Counted from the stretch's first letter, positions 19,861-30,826 are shown. The stretch is 64,000 bases of DNA from an uncultured delta proteobacterium (GCA_963778655.1 CAVZVA010000009.1:608001-672000), one strand, 5' to 3'. The notes: generated by a model from the sequence alone, not told the origin. Translations and numbers: made by a program.

Positions 19861-20706
19861 TTGGTGCGCGTGAACAATCTGGTGAAACTGGTGGGCACGG
19901 TGGTTGTACTCGGCTTAGTCGCCGCCTACGATTTCGGGCCCAAGGCGCGGCTTTCGGTCGCGGCTGGCCCGGAGGCGACAGACGACGACGCGCAGTCCGA
20001 ACCGATGTGGAAGCCCCGGACGGCGCTGGCTCCCGCTTCCGGAGGCGGGCCCACCGCGGCGCCGCCAGAGAGTCGGGCGCGCGCGAGGGCGCCGGTGGCG
20101 GCCGCCGCGTCTTCCCAGTCGGTCGTGCAAGAGCAGGGCGACGACGACGATATCGGCCAGGACGAAGCGATATTCGCGGCGGACCAAAGCCCGGAGCAGG
20201 GCGTCTGGCGGGCTGCGTGGGCACGCGAAAGCCAGGACGCCGCTTGGACCCAAGAAGTCGTCGGCGAGGTGACACGAAGCGCGCAGTCGCTTCTTCAGGG
20301 GCACCTGACGCTCAACGGCATCAGCTGCCGCGAGACGGTATGCCGAATGTACGTGCAGTTCGGCGACCAGGCCGACGCGGACGCATTCATCGACGCGCCC
20401 CACGACCAGGCGCTCCACTACGAGTTTCAGCGTCTCGACCCCGGATCCGACGGTAATGATCTCGACCTCTCGAGCCCCGCCTATGAGGTCCTGATCAAGC
20501 GTGAGCATCCCGCAGACCGCGAGCTGCAGCCAGCGGACGACGACGATACAGGCACAGCGCTCGCGGCCATCGGCAACATCGTTTCTGCGACCAGCACGGA
20601 CGGCCCGGCGCCAAGCGTCGAGGCGATGCCAGCGGCGGGTTCGGGAGCCGCGATCGGATCGAAGATGGATCGCCGGCGCGCGTGGGGCTTGCCCCACGCG
20701 AGGTAG
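19861..20706 (+). CDS. Hypothetical protein with N-terminal anchor
   Basis: TM segment, low-complexity linker, E..D.AW...ISCRETVCR motif. Confidence 0.7.
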   Translation: MVRVNNLVKLVGTVVVLGLVAAYDFGPKARLSVAAGPEATDDDAQSEPMWKPRTALAPASGGGPTAAPPESRARARAPVAAAASSQSVVQEQGDDDDIGQDEAIFAADQSPEQGVWRAAWARESQDAAWTQEVVGEVTRSAQSLLQGHLTLNGISCRETVCRMYVQFGDQADADAFIDAPHDQALHYEFQRLDPGSDGNDLDLSSPAYEVLIKREHPADRELQPADDDDTGTALAAIGNIVSATSTDGPAPSVEAMPAAGSGAAIGSKMDRRRAWGLPHAR

Positions 20707-20973
20707 ACGGCGTGTCCGCGAGTCTCGCGGCCAATGCCGGCGAGCAACGAAATCGCCGCGCCTACCAGCAGCTGAAAGATGATCCAGGATCAAGCCCACC
20801 TCGTGGCAGGGGCGTGCGCGCAGCCCAACTGAGAAGCTATTGAGATCCGAATAGCACAGCCCGCGCTAACCTTGCTTCAACGTGCTGGCCACCAACCAGA
20901 CGGGGTAGGTGGAAGATGCCTCGCTATGAACCGAGCCGAGGGCGCGCCCACCCGGGAAGGACGTGTTGAAGCT

Positions 20974-22542
20974 ATGCCCCAGAAACATATCAGACTACTT
21001 CGGCCGTCCGCCCTACTCGCAAGCATGCTATCGCTGGCTTTCGTGCTCGCGGCGGCCGGCCAAGCTGCGGCCCAGTTCAGCTATCGGCAGTGCTCGACCG
21101 GGAGCTATACCTTCGTTCCGGTCGATATCGGCGCCAGTGAATACGAGCGCAAGACCGATGACAGGACTCAATACGCCAACCTGGGCGAGTACGCTTGGCC
21201 AACGTATTTTAGCGAAAATGTGGCGTCGTTCGTGCCGAGCGTGAACGACTTCAATGTGGAGTACAACTACGACACGCTGTCACTTTGGATGGACACCCCG
21301 AGTGGGGCCTGGAACCAGACGACCTGGACGGGGCAGTATTCGGACGGGTTCATGCCTCAGCGGTACTACTTTGGCAACAGCCGGCTGGCGGTGTTCTATT
21401 GGCACACTGATGACCGGACTACACGACAATCCACCCCGCATCTCGATCAGCTCGCGATCCTGTGTCGCTCGGGGGCCGCGCGGCCTGTGACTTTTCCGAT
21501 CGCGCCGAATCATCGAGTCGAAGGCGTGTTGCTCGGCACCGGCGACGTCATCTACTTCACGACGTACCAGCCTGCCGATCAGGTCCTCGACATCTCCGTC
21601 GACGTGCTCGCCGCCGAGCCGCAAAGCGTGGACTTCGATGTGTATGCGAGTCTGAGCACGACGTTCCCGGACGCCAGTCACGTGGACTATCTTGGCTATC
21701 ACGGTAATGCGACCTCGACCATCGGCGGTGGTGGTGAAGCGATCACGATTCCGTCTTACCCGTCCATGCGACCGGTCTACATCGCGGTGCGCTCCTACAG
21801 CGGCAAGGGCCACTTCGTACTGCACGCAAGCGGCAGGCTGAACGCGGTGACGGCGCTCGACCGAACGGAGGTGTGCGTTCCCGCCAGCATTGGATCACCT
21901 ACCACATACTCCAATTGGAGATACTATGTCAGGACGCTCCAGATGGCGTCTGCGTATGTCGCGCAAATGACCAACGGCGCCCGCAAACCGACTTGGTTCC
22001 ACACTCTCCGTAACTGTTCGGATGCGCATTGTACGAATATCCCTTCCTGCGACGCCGTGCTAAGCGCGCCGGAGTCAGGTACCTGTGGTTCCGGCGGCGC
22101 GGTCCGCGACGGGCGAATCATCCTATCGCCGATCACCTGCTCCAACTACATAGACTCGTGGCTGGCGGGGCGCTCCCTGGCTCACGAGTGGGGACACCAG
22201 GCGCTCGGCCTGGAGGATGAGTACGAGACGATCAAATGGTCAAGTGGGGACCTAGGTCCATTCTGCGGTCACACGCTAATGAACGGCCCCCGCAATTCCC
22301 ACACGCTGTGCACTGCGCTGAACCACTGCCAAGACCCCGGCTACAGCGAGGACTCGCACCGAAACTATCGGCCGCCCGCGGACTACGATTGCAGCTACCG
22401 CAACAGCAACTGGCAAAATCTGGCCGACAGCGGCACGGTGCCGCCTGGTGCGGTGCCGCCTCCGTATACCATGGCCGACCAGTGGGACTCGTTGCGTAGG
22501 AACGAGGTCTGGTTGAACGCGGTTTCGGTGACTCCGCCATGA
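20974..22542 (+). CDS. Secreted zinc metalloprotease (CUB-like + PPC-like + HEXXH domain)
   Basis: Signal peptide, FNVEYNYDTL, DFDVYAS, LAHEWGHQALGLEDEY. Confidence 0.75.
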   Translation: MPQKHIRLLRPSALLASMLSLAFVLAAAGQAAAQFSYRQCSTGSYTFVPVDIGASEYERKTDDRTQYANLGEYAWPTYFSENVASFVPSVNDFNVEYNYDTLSLWMDTPSGAWNQTTWTGQYSDGFMPQRYYFGNSRLAVFYWHTDDRTTRQSTPHLDQLAILCRSGAARPVTFPIAPNHRVEGVLLGTGDVIYFTTYQPADQVLDISVDVLAAEPQSVDFDVYASLSTTFPDASHVDYLGYHGNATSTIGGGGEAITIPSYPSMRPVYIAVRSYSGKGHFVLHASGRLNAVTALDRTEVCVPASIGSPTTYSNWRYYVRTLQMASAYVAQMTNGARKPTWFHTLRNCSDAHCTNIPSCDAVLSAPESGTCGSGGAVRDGRIILSPITCSNYIDSWLAGRSLAHEWGHQALGLEDEYETIKWSSGDLGPFCGHTLMNGPRNSHTLCTALNHCQDPGYSEDSHRNYRPPADYDCSYRNSNWQNLADSGTVPPGAVPPPYTMADQWDSLRRNEVWLNAVSVTPP

Positions 22543-22744
22543 GGCGAGCTTCTCCACAAAGCGGGAAGCGCGTGACCACCGAATTCGAGATATGGAAGTA
22601 GTACGACTGCTCCCATTCTCTCGTGGTCGGATTTCTGCGCGCGACGGGCTCGGGCGCCAGGCGCGCGACTGCAAGAATGCTCCGAGGATTTCAAAGGAAC
22701 AGGACGCGGCGAGCGGGCCGGTCCCGTGTGGAAGTGCGACCGCG

Positions 22745-23599
22745 ATGGGATTGCGAGCAGGAGTGCTAGGGGCGCCGCGTGGTGCGGGCCGCCGCGCTGC
22801 GGTCGGTGTGGTACTCGTCGCGCTGCTCGGGTGTCGCAGCTCGCGGCCGCCGGCAGCAGCCGAGGGGCCGTCCGTGACGACGCAGACTGTAGCCGCCGCG
22901 CGTTCCGACATTCCGGAGGGCGCTGTCTACCTGGTGCGACCGCGCGCCTTCGTGAAGAGCGGGGTACCCGCCTCCGACCCCGGGCTGCAGCTGAGGGTAT
23001 TCTCGTTTCGCCGCGCGCCTGAGGTGGAGGTGAGCCTCGCTCATAGTCTGAAATTGGTCGATGACGCCAGGCAGCCCGTTGCGTTCACGGTTCACGCGAG
23101 CTTGGACGAAAGCAGCGGCGGGTACGTTGCCGCGATCGTGCCGGCGTCGCGCCTGGCGTCGAATCGGTGGTACACGCTCGTCGTCGCGGCTTCGGACGAG
23201 GTGATCCTGGACGACCTGGGGAACGAGTGGAAGGTCGACTTCTATACCGGGCGCATGCTGCAGATCGCAGAGGTGGAACGAGGCGAGGGCGAGAAGGCAG
23301 ATCAGCTCTACGTCAAGATGACTGAGCGGACAAGGGTCGATCGTGCATGGGCGGCTCGGCTGTTCGCGGACGAGAGTGGTCGCGCGTTGCCTGGTTGCGT
23401 GCAGTTCAACGGCAGGTGCTCGCGTGCCGGTACGTTCGAGGCGGACGGGTTTGCGGTTCTGCTGAACGAACGCGGTGCCGGAAAGCGTGTGAGCTTTGCG
23501 TCGGGCCTGGACAGGGAGGCCGGGCCGATCGCTCGCGCACGCATGCGCCTTCACTTCGAGCCGTGCCAGCGGGGAACCGCCGAATGCGCGCGCTGGTAG
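22745..23599 (+). CDS. Hypothetical lipoprotein (Ig-like)
   Basis: VVLVALLGC lipobox and beta-rich domain. Confidence 0.6.
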   Translation: MGLRAGVLGAPRGAGRRAAVGVVLVALLGCRSSRPPAAAEGPSVTTQTVAAARSDIPEGAVYLVRPRAFVKSGVPASDPGLQLRVFSFRRAPEVEVSLAHSLKLVDDARQPVAFTVHASLDESSGGYVAAIVPASRLASNRWYTLVVAASDEVILDDLGNEWKVDFYTGRMLQIAEVERGEGEKADQLYVKMTERTRVDRAWAARLFADESGRALPGCVQFNGRCSRAGTFEADGFAVLLNERGAGKRVSFASGLDREAGPIARARMRLHFEPCQRGTAECARW

Positions 23600-24012
23600 C
23601 CGCCTAGCCGCACGACCATCTGGGGTCATCTGCCAGCGGCTGGCGGGGATCTTCGGAGATGATTTCCATCGAGCCTAGGCCGAAGCGAGCGCGCCTGTGT
23701 TTCGAGACGCTTCTGGGCGCATCACCACTGCGAACCGACCGGTGCGCGCGCGGTCGGCTCTGTGCTCGGCCCCTGCAGGCCCAAGCTAGTCGACGTGCGG
23801 CCGGCGATTCACGAACTGGAACAATCTCAATTGGGTCTCAGATGAGCCCGTGGGCGCCAACTCGTCGCTGCCATCGTGGTACGACGAAACCCGAGGCCAA
23901 GCGACCTGCTCCGCACGAGCGTAGCGTGCCGGGCCTGGCGTCGCCCGACCGACATCCGGCGTGTGCGTGGCGACGTGGGGTGCCTGGCGTCCGCTTCCAG
24001 GAGGGAATACTG

Positions 24013-26433
24013 ATGACGATTGACCGTGGGACCGCGCTCTGCCATTTGGTGCAGCTAGAATTAGTTGCTGCCGCAATCTGCGGCGTTTTGCTCGCCCTCG
24101 TGAACGTGAGCTACGCGCAGAGCTCGCAGGTCGTCCTGACTCCCTCATCGACCTACGACGGATTCACACCACGCTATGTCGGCTATCACATGGGGGCCCC
24201 GGTCGATGCCCGCGCTTTGACTTGGCTCGAACACTCTGACGTCAACGCAGCACGCGTGTGGTTGAACGCTTCGGCGAGCTCCACGCCTCGAAGCGACCCG
24301 AGCTACGGTCCCGCTCCGCAGAACCGCGACCAGTTCGTGGCCTTTCGTTTGGCGCTCAGAGAGGAAATCGACAACAGCCTCCTGGGGAGTCGTGGGGCGG
24401 CTGATTGCAGCGCGCCGATCGGCAGTGCGTCGTTGCCGGACGAGTACGTCGACTGGACCAAGTACTTCGACTACGCCAGAGACAGGATTAGCGAAACCTT
24501 TGGCACGCTGACGCGGATGGGCGCGAACGTACTGATTCAGCACACTCTTGGGACCTCGCAGTTCCCCTTGAGCGGAACCCGCGATGACGCTGCGAGCTTC
24601 GATGCGGGCCAGACCAACCAACGCTGGCAGCTGTGGCGCCACATCTTTGCGCTTGCGTACCGTTACGGCCTCGAATGGGGTGTTTCGCGCTGGCAGATCT
24701 ACAACGAGCCCAATCTCAACGGCGGAAAGCTGAGCAAGCCCGACTTCATGGAGCGCCAGCAGCTGGCGGCCGATGCCGTGCACATGGCGGTCGCGCTCGT
24801 CAATGCGCGCCGAGCCCGCTGCGGGGAGCGGCCACCGCTGGTGGTCGAAATGTTGGCTCCGAACACCGCGTACGACAACGGCGTCGTGACCAGAACCGGA
24901 GCCGATGGCGTGATTTCACCGCTGGGCTTTCCAACGCATACGCTTTCGTGCCCACCCGAGCTTGCGCAATGCACGACTTACTTCTGCAGCGCGATGCCGT
25001 CAATCGTTCTGGCAGACGCCGAATCGAACGAATGTTGGGGCGCATACGCCATCGTGAACAGGACGGCCAGCGACTTTTACGGCATCGGTATTTCGGAAGC
25101 AGGATCATATGCGACGTTGTTTGATACCTATTCGTTTCAGCGGTATGGAGCCTCGGCGGTCCTGGATATGAACGACCTGTGGCACTATCTGGATCATTTC
25201 GGTTCCCCCATGAATATGGCGCTAACCGAAATGAACATCAGATATGCGTCGAGCTTTCTAACGACCCATCACACGATGGAAACACCGAGTGAGTTCCTGG
25301 GCCTCGCTTCGCTGATGATGAACGATGCTCGCGCGGAGAGCCCCTACGAGAAGGACCTGTATGTATTTAAGGAGCGGCAGAGTCAATACTCGCAGAGCAT
25401 AGCGAAGAACGGCACACATTACACGAGCGCGGACAATTCGCAGATCGGCGGAGCGACTTTGAGCGCGGAGGCGGTGCGCCTCTTTGCTCGGGGGTTCAAG
25501 GGTGCCCGGTATCGCTTCCCGGTGAGCAGCACGGGCGACGTCGATGCCCTGGCCTCGTATGATCCGCGGGATCATATGGGGCACGTGATGAGTATCAACC
25601 AGTCTGGCGCGCCGCGGACGGTAACCATAGATTTCAGCCAGTGGGGGGTCGCCAACCGTTTCGTGATGGTGGAAACAGTAAGCCCTGATGCGCGTGGGGA
25701 GGGAAACTGGAATTTCGTGTTCGGCAATCAACTCGTCTTCCCTCAGCCGGCGCAGAGCGTCGCTCTCGTCACCGTGCCGCTGGACGCGAACACGTGGGGT
25801 ATCCTCGAGCCCACAGCGGACGCGACGATCAAGAATGGAGGCAGCAATGCCTACAAGAACTATGGCACGAACAGCTTCCTTTTGGCAGCTAACCATCCGA
25901 CCAACGAGAATGCGCGTAACATGGCGTTCTTGAAATTTCACCTGCCACCGGAGCTCGATCGCGACAACATTCAGATTGTAGAGCTTGCGGTGTGGGGGCA
26001 GAGCAGAACTACGCAGGGTCATGTAGGCACGGAAACTATTGCTCATGTGTACGGAATTGTCGACGATTCCTGGATGGAGACGGGGATTAGGTGGTCGAAC
26101 GCTCCCAACGTCGTTCGCAGCTATCGAGACATCACGAAGATCGCAGACAACGAGGTTAGTGGGATCAACGTCTCGGCCGAGCTGCTGGGTCACCTCACGG
26201 GCCATGCAACGGAGGCATGGCTCGGGATGGACGTCACGGCCTTCGTCAAGGAGCATACGGGGAGCGATTTGACCTTCGTGGTCACGCGAGAGCTGCGCTA
26301 CGAAGCGCGGCCGGATCTCGACCTGCCGGCATCCGATCCGATCGGTGACGATGACCATCGGAGCCTGTGGATGGCCTCACGCGAGAACAGTACGAAACCT
26401 CATCCGTCGCTCGTGGTGATCTACAAGCAATGA
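24013..26433 (+). CDS. Secreted clan-A glycoside-hydrolase-like protein with C-terminal CBM96/DNRLRE-like domain
   Basis: GGAGGG RBS and signal peptide. WQIYNEPN and ALTEMN. C-terminal ADATIKNG...NYG...AFLKF...WMETGIRWSNAP...SRE..P.L. Confidence 0.7.
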   Translation: MTIDRGTALCHLVQLELVAAAICGVLLALVNVSYAQSSQVVLTPSSTYDGFTPRYVGYHMGAPVDARALTWLEHSDVNAARVWLNASASSTPRSDPSYGPAPQNRDQFVAFRLALREEIDNSLLGSRGAADCSAPIGSASLPDEYVDWTKYFDYARDRISETFGTLTRMGANVLIQHTLGTSQFPLSGTRDDAASFDAGQTNQRWQLWRHIFALAYRYGLEWGVSRWQIYNEPNLNGGKLSKPDFMERQQLAADAVHMAVALVNARRARCGERPPLVVEMLAPNTAYDNGVVTRTGADGVISPLGFPTHTLSCPPELAQCTTYFCSAMPSIVLADAESNECWGAYAIVNRTASDFYGIGISEAGSYATLFDTYSFQRYGASAVLDMNDLWHYLDHFGSPMNMALTEMNIRYASSFLTTHHTMETPSEFLGLASLMMNDARAESPYEKDLYVFKERQSQYSQSIAKNGTHYTSADNSQIGGATLSAEAVRLFARGFKGARYRFPVSSTGDVDALASYDPRDHMGHVMSINQSGAPRTVTIDFSQWGVANRFVMVETVSPDARGEGNWNFVFGNQLVFPQPAQSVALVTVPLDANTWGILEPTADATIKNGGSNAYKNYGTNSFLLAANHPTNENARNMAFLKFHLPPELDRDNIQIVELAVWGQSRTTQGHVGTETIAHVYGIVDDSWMETGIRWSNAPNVVRSYRDITKIADNEVSGINVSAELLGHLTGHATEAWLGMDVTAFVKEHTGSDLTFVVTRELRYEARPDLDLPASDPIGDDDHRSLWMASRENSTKPHPSLVVIYKQ

Positions 26434-26643
26434 TTTGTCCGGCAAGCCGCAGCAAAGGCATCGTGGGTTCGGGAGAAGCCCAATCGAGGTAGCGGCCTGG
26501 CTCGCCCGCAGCCGCTGCATCGTGGCGCGTAGTAGCACAGCAAGCGCTCCGCTATAGCCGTCGCGCGCCGCAATCGGTGCAATCGCCGCCCAGTTCTTCG
26601 TCGCTGAATGCCCCTTTCGTGGTCACGCGCACCAGCGGCGCGC

Positions 26644-27090
26644 TCAGCCCGGCCGGTCACGTGGCAGTTGCACGGCTGGATCGAGATTGCCCTTGCCGGG
26701 CACGTGGTTGATCTCGAGACGGATGCCGTCGGGATCTTCAAAGAGCAGCGAGTAGTAGCCCTTCGCCCATGGCCCTTCTTCGGGCGGATGCACGATCGGT
26801 GCGCCGAGCCTCTGCACCAGCGCGTGCACGGCATCGACGTCCGCGCGCTCTCGTGCTCGAAAGCACAGGTGATGCAGGCCCGCACGCCGCTGGTTGAAAC
26901 GCGGCTCCCGGAGCTCGGGGTCGCAAGGTGTGATGAGCAAGCCCGTGCGGCCGCCGATGCAATAGAAGATGCCGGGCTCGTCGTACTGCACGTGCATGCC
27001 GAGTGCCGGCAAGAGCGTGGCGTAGAACGCGCGGCTGGCCGCGAAATCGGTCACCGAGAGCTGGATGTGTGCGATGCCGTTGATTTCCAT
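26644..27090 (-). CDS. VOC/glyoxalase family protein
   Basis: GAGGAG RBS, IAHIQLSV, GLHHLCFRA, FEDPDGIRLE. Confidence 0.92.
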   Translation of the reverse strand: MEINGIAHIQLSVTDFAASRAFYATLLPALGMHVQYDEPGIFYCIGGRTGLLITPCDPELREPRFNQRRAGLHHLCFRARERADVDAVHALVQRLGAPIVHPPEEGPWAKGYYSLLFEDPDGIRLEINHVPGKGNLDPAVQLPRDRPG

Positions 27091-27304
27091 GTCCTCCTCG
27101 CTTTCGCAGCGTGACGCGCGCATGCGCAAGGGTTCTACCGCGGAAACTGTCGGAATTCTCTGTGAGCTTCGGCTTCTTGAGGAACTCGGAGAACCAACCA
27201 CGACACCTGCCCGCTGCGTGCTCGCGTGCTCGAGCATCGATCTCTCGATCGCATTGTCGGACGATCTCACGCTTCGTTCCTGCGAGTCCACGGCCTGGAA
27301 CGGA

Positions 27305-27635
27305 ATGGGAGTGCTGAAAAGGTCTTGTTTCGGGGACCCGGTGGGAACACATTCGGGCCAACACGATGGCCGAGGCGCACGAGCGTCCCGGTCTTGGCTG
27401 CCCACAGGTCCAGACCGCGTTCGCACCGACCGTGCCGTAGGCGGTCGTCGTAGAGCCTGAACGCCGTCCTCCCGTCGGTGGGCGCCTGGCGCCAGCGCCG
27501 CGTTGCGAGCGATGGGACCACCCTGAGGGATCAGGTTCCAGCCCAGATCTGGTGCAGCGCGGCGATGGGCATCACGCCCGACGGTCGGACGGCGTTCCTG
27601 TTCACAAACAAGACGCGCGACTGCCTGCTCGAAGA
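27305..27635. mobile_element. IS debris (TnpB/IS66-orf2-like peptide and an IS-end-like sequence)
   Basis: + frame MGITPDGRTAFLFTNKTRDCL. Minus strand GACCTTTTCAGCACTCC resembles IS5/IS1182-type ends. Confidence 0.35.
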
Positions 27636-27805
27636 CTTCGTGGTCGTGAAGACCGCGGCGGGCGTTGGCGCGTTCGACCAGCGTCCCGAGGCGCTTGCCG
27701 GCGTGCTGCTGCAGGGCGGCACACGCACGGCGAGCCGTGCGGTTGGGTGGGCGAGCCCGGCGCTGAGGATCGGATGGAGCCAGAAGACCCGCCTGGGGCG
27801 CCGCT

Positions 27806-28816
27806 TCAAGCGGGACGAGCGCGTCGATCCTCTCGCAAGCGCCGAGCAGTCCTGGCCTCGCGCCGCGCCCCCACCGAGCCTTTTGCGGGGGACTCCCCGG
27901 CGAAGAGCGCGGCCTTCGGCTCAAGCGCGGCCTGCAGAAAGGCCATGAGCACGCGGACCCGAGCGGTATGGCGCAGGACCGGGTGGGTCATGATCCACAG
28001 CGCCATGTCCAGGTGATCGAAGGTCGGAGCGACCCGGACGAGAGCCGGGCTGGCGTCGCCTCGGTAGCACGGCAGTAGCGCGACGCCCATGCCGACCTCT
28101 GCGGCGCGCTGGGCGGCGGTCGTGGAGTTGGTGCGCAGGACCGAGTGTTCGAGAATCTGCAAGCGGTTCTTCCAAAGCATGGGCACGAGCCATCCCTCGA
28201 CACCCGCGACCATCACCCAGTCGTGATCGGCAAGCTCGCGAGCGCCTGCCGCTTGGAGGTAGGCCGGCGTCGCATAGGCGGCGAAGCGGAAGTCGCAGAT
28301 CTTGTGCCCGAGGCTGTCGTCGGGCGGGCGCCGGGCCGCGCGAATGGCCACGTCGGCCTCGCGCCGCGAAAGGTCGAAGGCGGCCGATCCTTCCACCAGC
28401 TCGATCGCGACCTGAGGATGGAGCGCGTGAAACTCCGCCAACAACGGAGGCAGGTGAAGCGTGCAGATGCCATCGGGCGCGGTCACCCGGACGTTGCCTT
28501 GCAAGCGGGCGTCGCGGCCGTCGATCTCGTGGCTGAGGGCATGGAGCTCACTCTCGATGCGCTCCCCGAAGCGAAGCGCGATCTCGCCCGCATCGGTCAT
28601 GGTGTAGCCCGACGGCAGACGCTCGAAGAAGCGGACCCCGGCGTCCGACTCGATCCGGTTGAGCTTGCGGAACAAGGTGCTGTGGTCCTTGCCCAGCAGG
28701 CGGGCCGCGCCAGCCAGGCTGCCTGTTCTGCAAATCGCCAGCAGGACGCGCACATCGCTCCATTCGAGACGGTTCAGGGCGGGCGACTGCGACGGTCGGG
28801 AGCGCGGATGGGGCAT
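27806..28816 (-). CDS. LysR-family regulator
   Basis: WSDVRVLLAI..GSLAGAAR.LG...STL HTH, DLSRREADVAIR. Confidence 0.93.
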   Translation of the reverse strand: MPHPRSRPSQSPALNRLEWSDVRVLLAICRTGSLAGAARLLGKDHSTLFRKLNRIESDAGVRFFERLPSGYTMTDAGEIALRFGERIESELHALSHEIDGRDARLQGNVRVTAPDGICTLHLPPLLAEFHALHPQVAIELVEGSAAFDLSRREADVAIRAARRPPDDSLGHKICDFRFAAYATPAYLQAAGARELADHDWVMVAGVEGWLVPMLWKNRLQILEHSVLRTNSTTAAQRAAEVGMGVALLPCYRGDASPALVRVAPTFDHLDMALWIMTHPVLRHTARVRVLMAFLQAALEPKAALFAGESPAKGSVGARREARTARRLREDRRARPA

Positions 28817-28934
28817 GATTGGCTCCTTGCAAAGATGCAAATCGAAGTCGCCGTTTTACCAGATTCCTTTGCACATTGGAAAGACTAGGGTCGTTCCATC
28901 CACGGCCGCTCGCGGCCCCAACCAAAGGAACCCC

Positions 28935-29582
28935 ATGACCACCTTTTCGATCGAAGACTTCGCCGCTGCCTGCAAGCAAGCCATGGCTCAGGCCCCCAAC
29001 GGGAGGGCGGCGGCGAGCGCCTATCTAGCCGACACGTTGGCGCGCTGCGGCACGCGCGAGATCATCCGCGTGCTCGAGGCCGCGATTCCCGCCGGCGCCA
29101 GCATCGGCGAGCTCATCGTCCACGCCTCACCCGAGCTCACCATGCTGTACGGCCGCATGCCCGGGCGCTTCCAGAGCGGCATCCACAACCACACCGTCTG
29201 CGCGGTCATCGGCCAGCTCGAGGGGGAAGAGGTGAACCACATCTTCGAACGCAGCGCCGACGGTTCTCTGCGGGAAGTGCGCACCACCACGCTACGCGCC
29301 GGCGACGTACTGACTCTCGACCGGGATGTCATCCACTGCATCGCGAACCCCGGCGACCAGCCGGCCCACGCGCTCCACCTCTACAAAGGTGATTTCCGTG
29401 CGCTCTCCGACCGCCGCAGCCTGTGGTCGTGGGACGACCATCAGCAGAAGCCCTTCTCCTTCCCCGAGCTGCTCCAGGAGTCAGCCACCGCCATGCACCG
29501 AAGTGGCAACCGCGCCGGCCTGCAAGCTCTCGTCAGGGCCATGCCGGCCAGCAAGGCATTCGTCGATACGCTCGGGGACTAG
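28935..29582 (+). CDS. Cysteine-dioxygenase-like cupin
   Basis: IHNH, DVIHCIAN, LHLY. Divergent from the LysR gene. Confidence 0.8.
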   Translation: MTTFSIEDFAAACKQAMAQAPNGRAAASAYLADTLARCGTREIIRVLEAAIPAGASIGELIVHASPELTMLYGRMPGRFQSGIHNHTVCAVIGQLEGEEVNHIFERSADGSLREVRTTTLRAGDVLTLDRDVIHCIANPGDQPAHALHLYKGDFRALSDRRSLWSWDDHQQKPFSFPELLQESATAMHRSGNRAGLQALVRAMPASKAFVDTLGD

Positions 29583-29959
29583 GAACGAATTCTTGACCGC
29601 TTTGCATGGTAAGGAATTCATTGCCCTCATCGTAAGTACCTGGTCCGGCATGGTCGGTCGCGCGGTGGCGATCGGTCGGCCGTCCCGGTCGTGCGTCCAG
29701 GTTGACGGATCACCGCGGCGACCCGGCGTCCGTTGATGGCGTCCTAGAAGACGATCGGGAGTACGATACGAGTGGGACTGCGACTGTTGTGGGTCTCCCG
29801 GGGGACTCCGCGCACCCGTGTTGCGCATCCATTGCGATGGGGCCCGACGGCAACGTAGGATTGAGGTTCGCGGGATCTCCGCGGGCAGTGAAGGCCAAAG
29901 CGGACAGGACGCGACGTTTTGGCGAGTTGGCTAAGGCTCGCCGCAAGAGGTGGGGCTGA

Positions 29960-30826
29960 ATGCGAGCTTGGGGGCTGTGGGGGGCGTGGGTACTGCTGAG
30001 TTGTTCGAACGGGACCGCCGCGAGCACGGTGAGCGCAGCAGGGCCGCAGTCATCCAACCCGGCATCCGGGGCTTCTGTCGCCCACGCATCCAGCGACGCG
30101 GCGCAGAGCCGCGATGCGTCGGGCGCCCAGCCGGCTGATGAGGGCGACTCCGGAGCTGCCGAAAGCGTTCACGGACTGTCCTGGCCGATCGACTGCAAGG
30201 TGGGGTCTAGCTGCGACCTCGGCTATCCAGACACGGATGGAGACGGCAAGGCCTTCAACTGCGGGCCGCCTGCTTACAAAGGACATCAAGGGACGGACAT
30301 CACGATCTCGCAAGCGCAGATGGATGCAGGTGTTGCCGTCCTTGCCGCCGTTGCCGCCGCCGATGGCGAGGTCCTATTCGTGTTCGATGGCAAGTTCGAT
30401 CGCTGTCCTGACCCGAATGAGCCCGACTGCGCGCCGCCCTCGCCCTCCGCGGCTGCCAGTGACACCTCAGGCTATCGGGTGTGCACCCCTCGCGGCGCCT
30501 ATTGCGATCAAGGCACGTGCTGCTGTTTCTGGTGCTTCGACGGGGGGAACGTGATCGTGATCCGGCATCGATCGCTGGATGGTGTGTTTGCCACCCGCTA
30601 CGACTATCTCAAGCGCGGATCGATCTTGGTCAAACCGGGCGACAACGTCGTACGCGGCCAAAGGATTGCTGAGGTTGGCAGTGCGGGTAGCAGTCCTGGC
30701 CCGCGCCTCTTCTTTCAGGTTTGGTCCGACGGCTTCCTCAAGATTGTCGATCCTTGGGCCGGAGCGTGTGGGCCGAACACGACTGGGAGTCTTTGGGCGA
30801 CCGATCCGCCTTGGGCGTCGCGGTGA
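29960..30826 (+). CDS. M23 peptidase-family lipoprotein, degenerate active site
   Basis: HQGTD present, but RYDYL and GPRLFFQV replace the usual YxHL and GPHLHF. Confidence 0.8.
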   Translation: MRAWGLWGAWVLLSCSNGTAASTVSAAGPQSSNPASGASVAHASSDAAQSRDASGAQPADEGDSGAAESVHGLSWPIDCKVGSSCDLGYPDTDGDGKAFNCGPPAYKGHQGTDITISQAQMDAGVAVLAAVAAADGEVLFVFDGKFDRCPDPNEPDCAPPSPSAAASDTSGYRVCTPRGAYCDQGTCCCFWCFDGGNVIVIRHRSLDGVFATRYDYLKRGSILVKPGDNVVRGQRIAEVGSAGSSPGPRLFFQVWSDGFLKIVDPWAGACGPNTTGSLWATDPPWASR

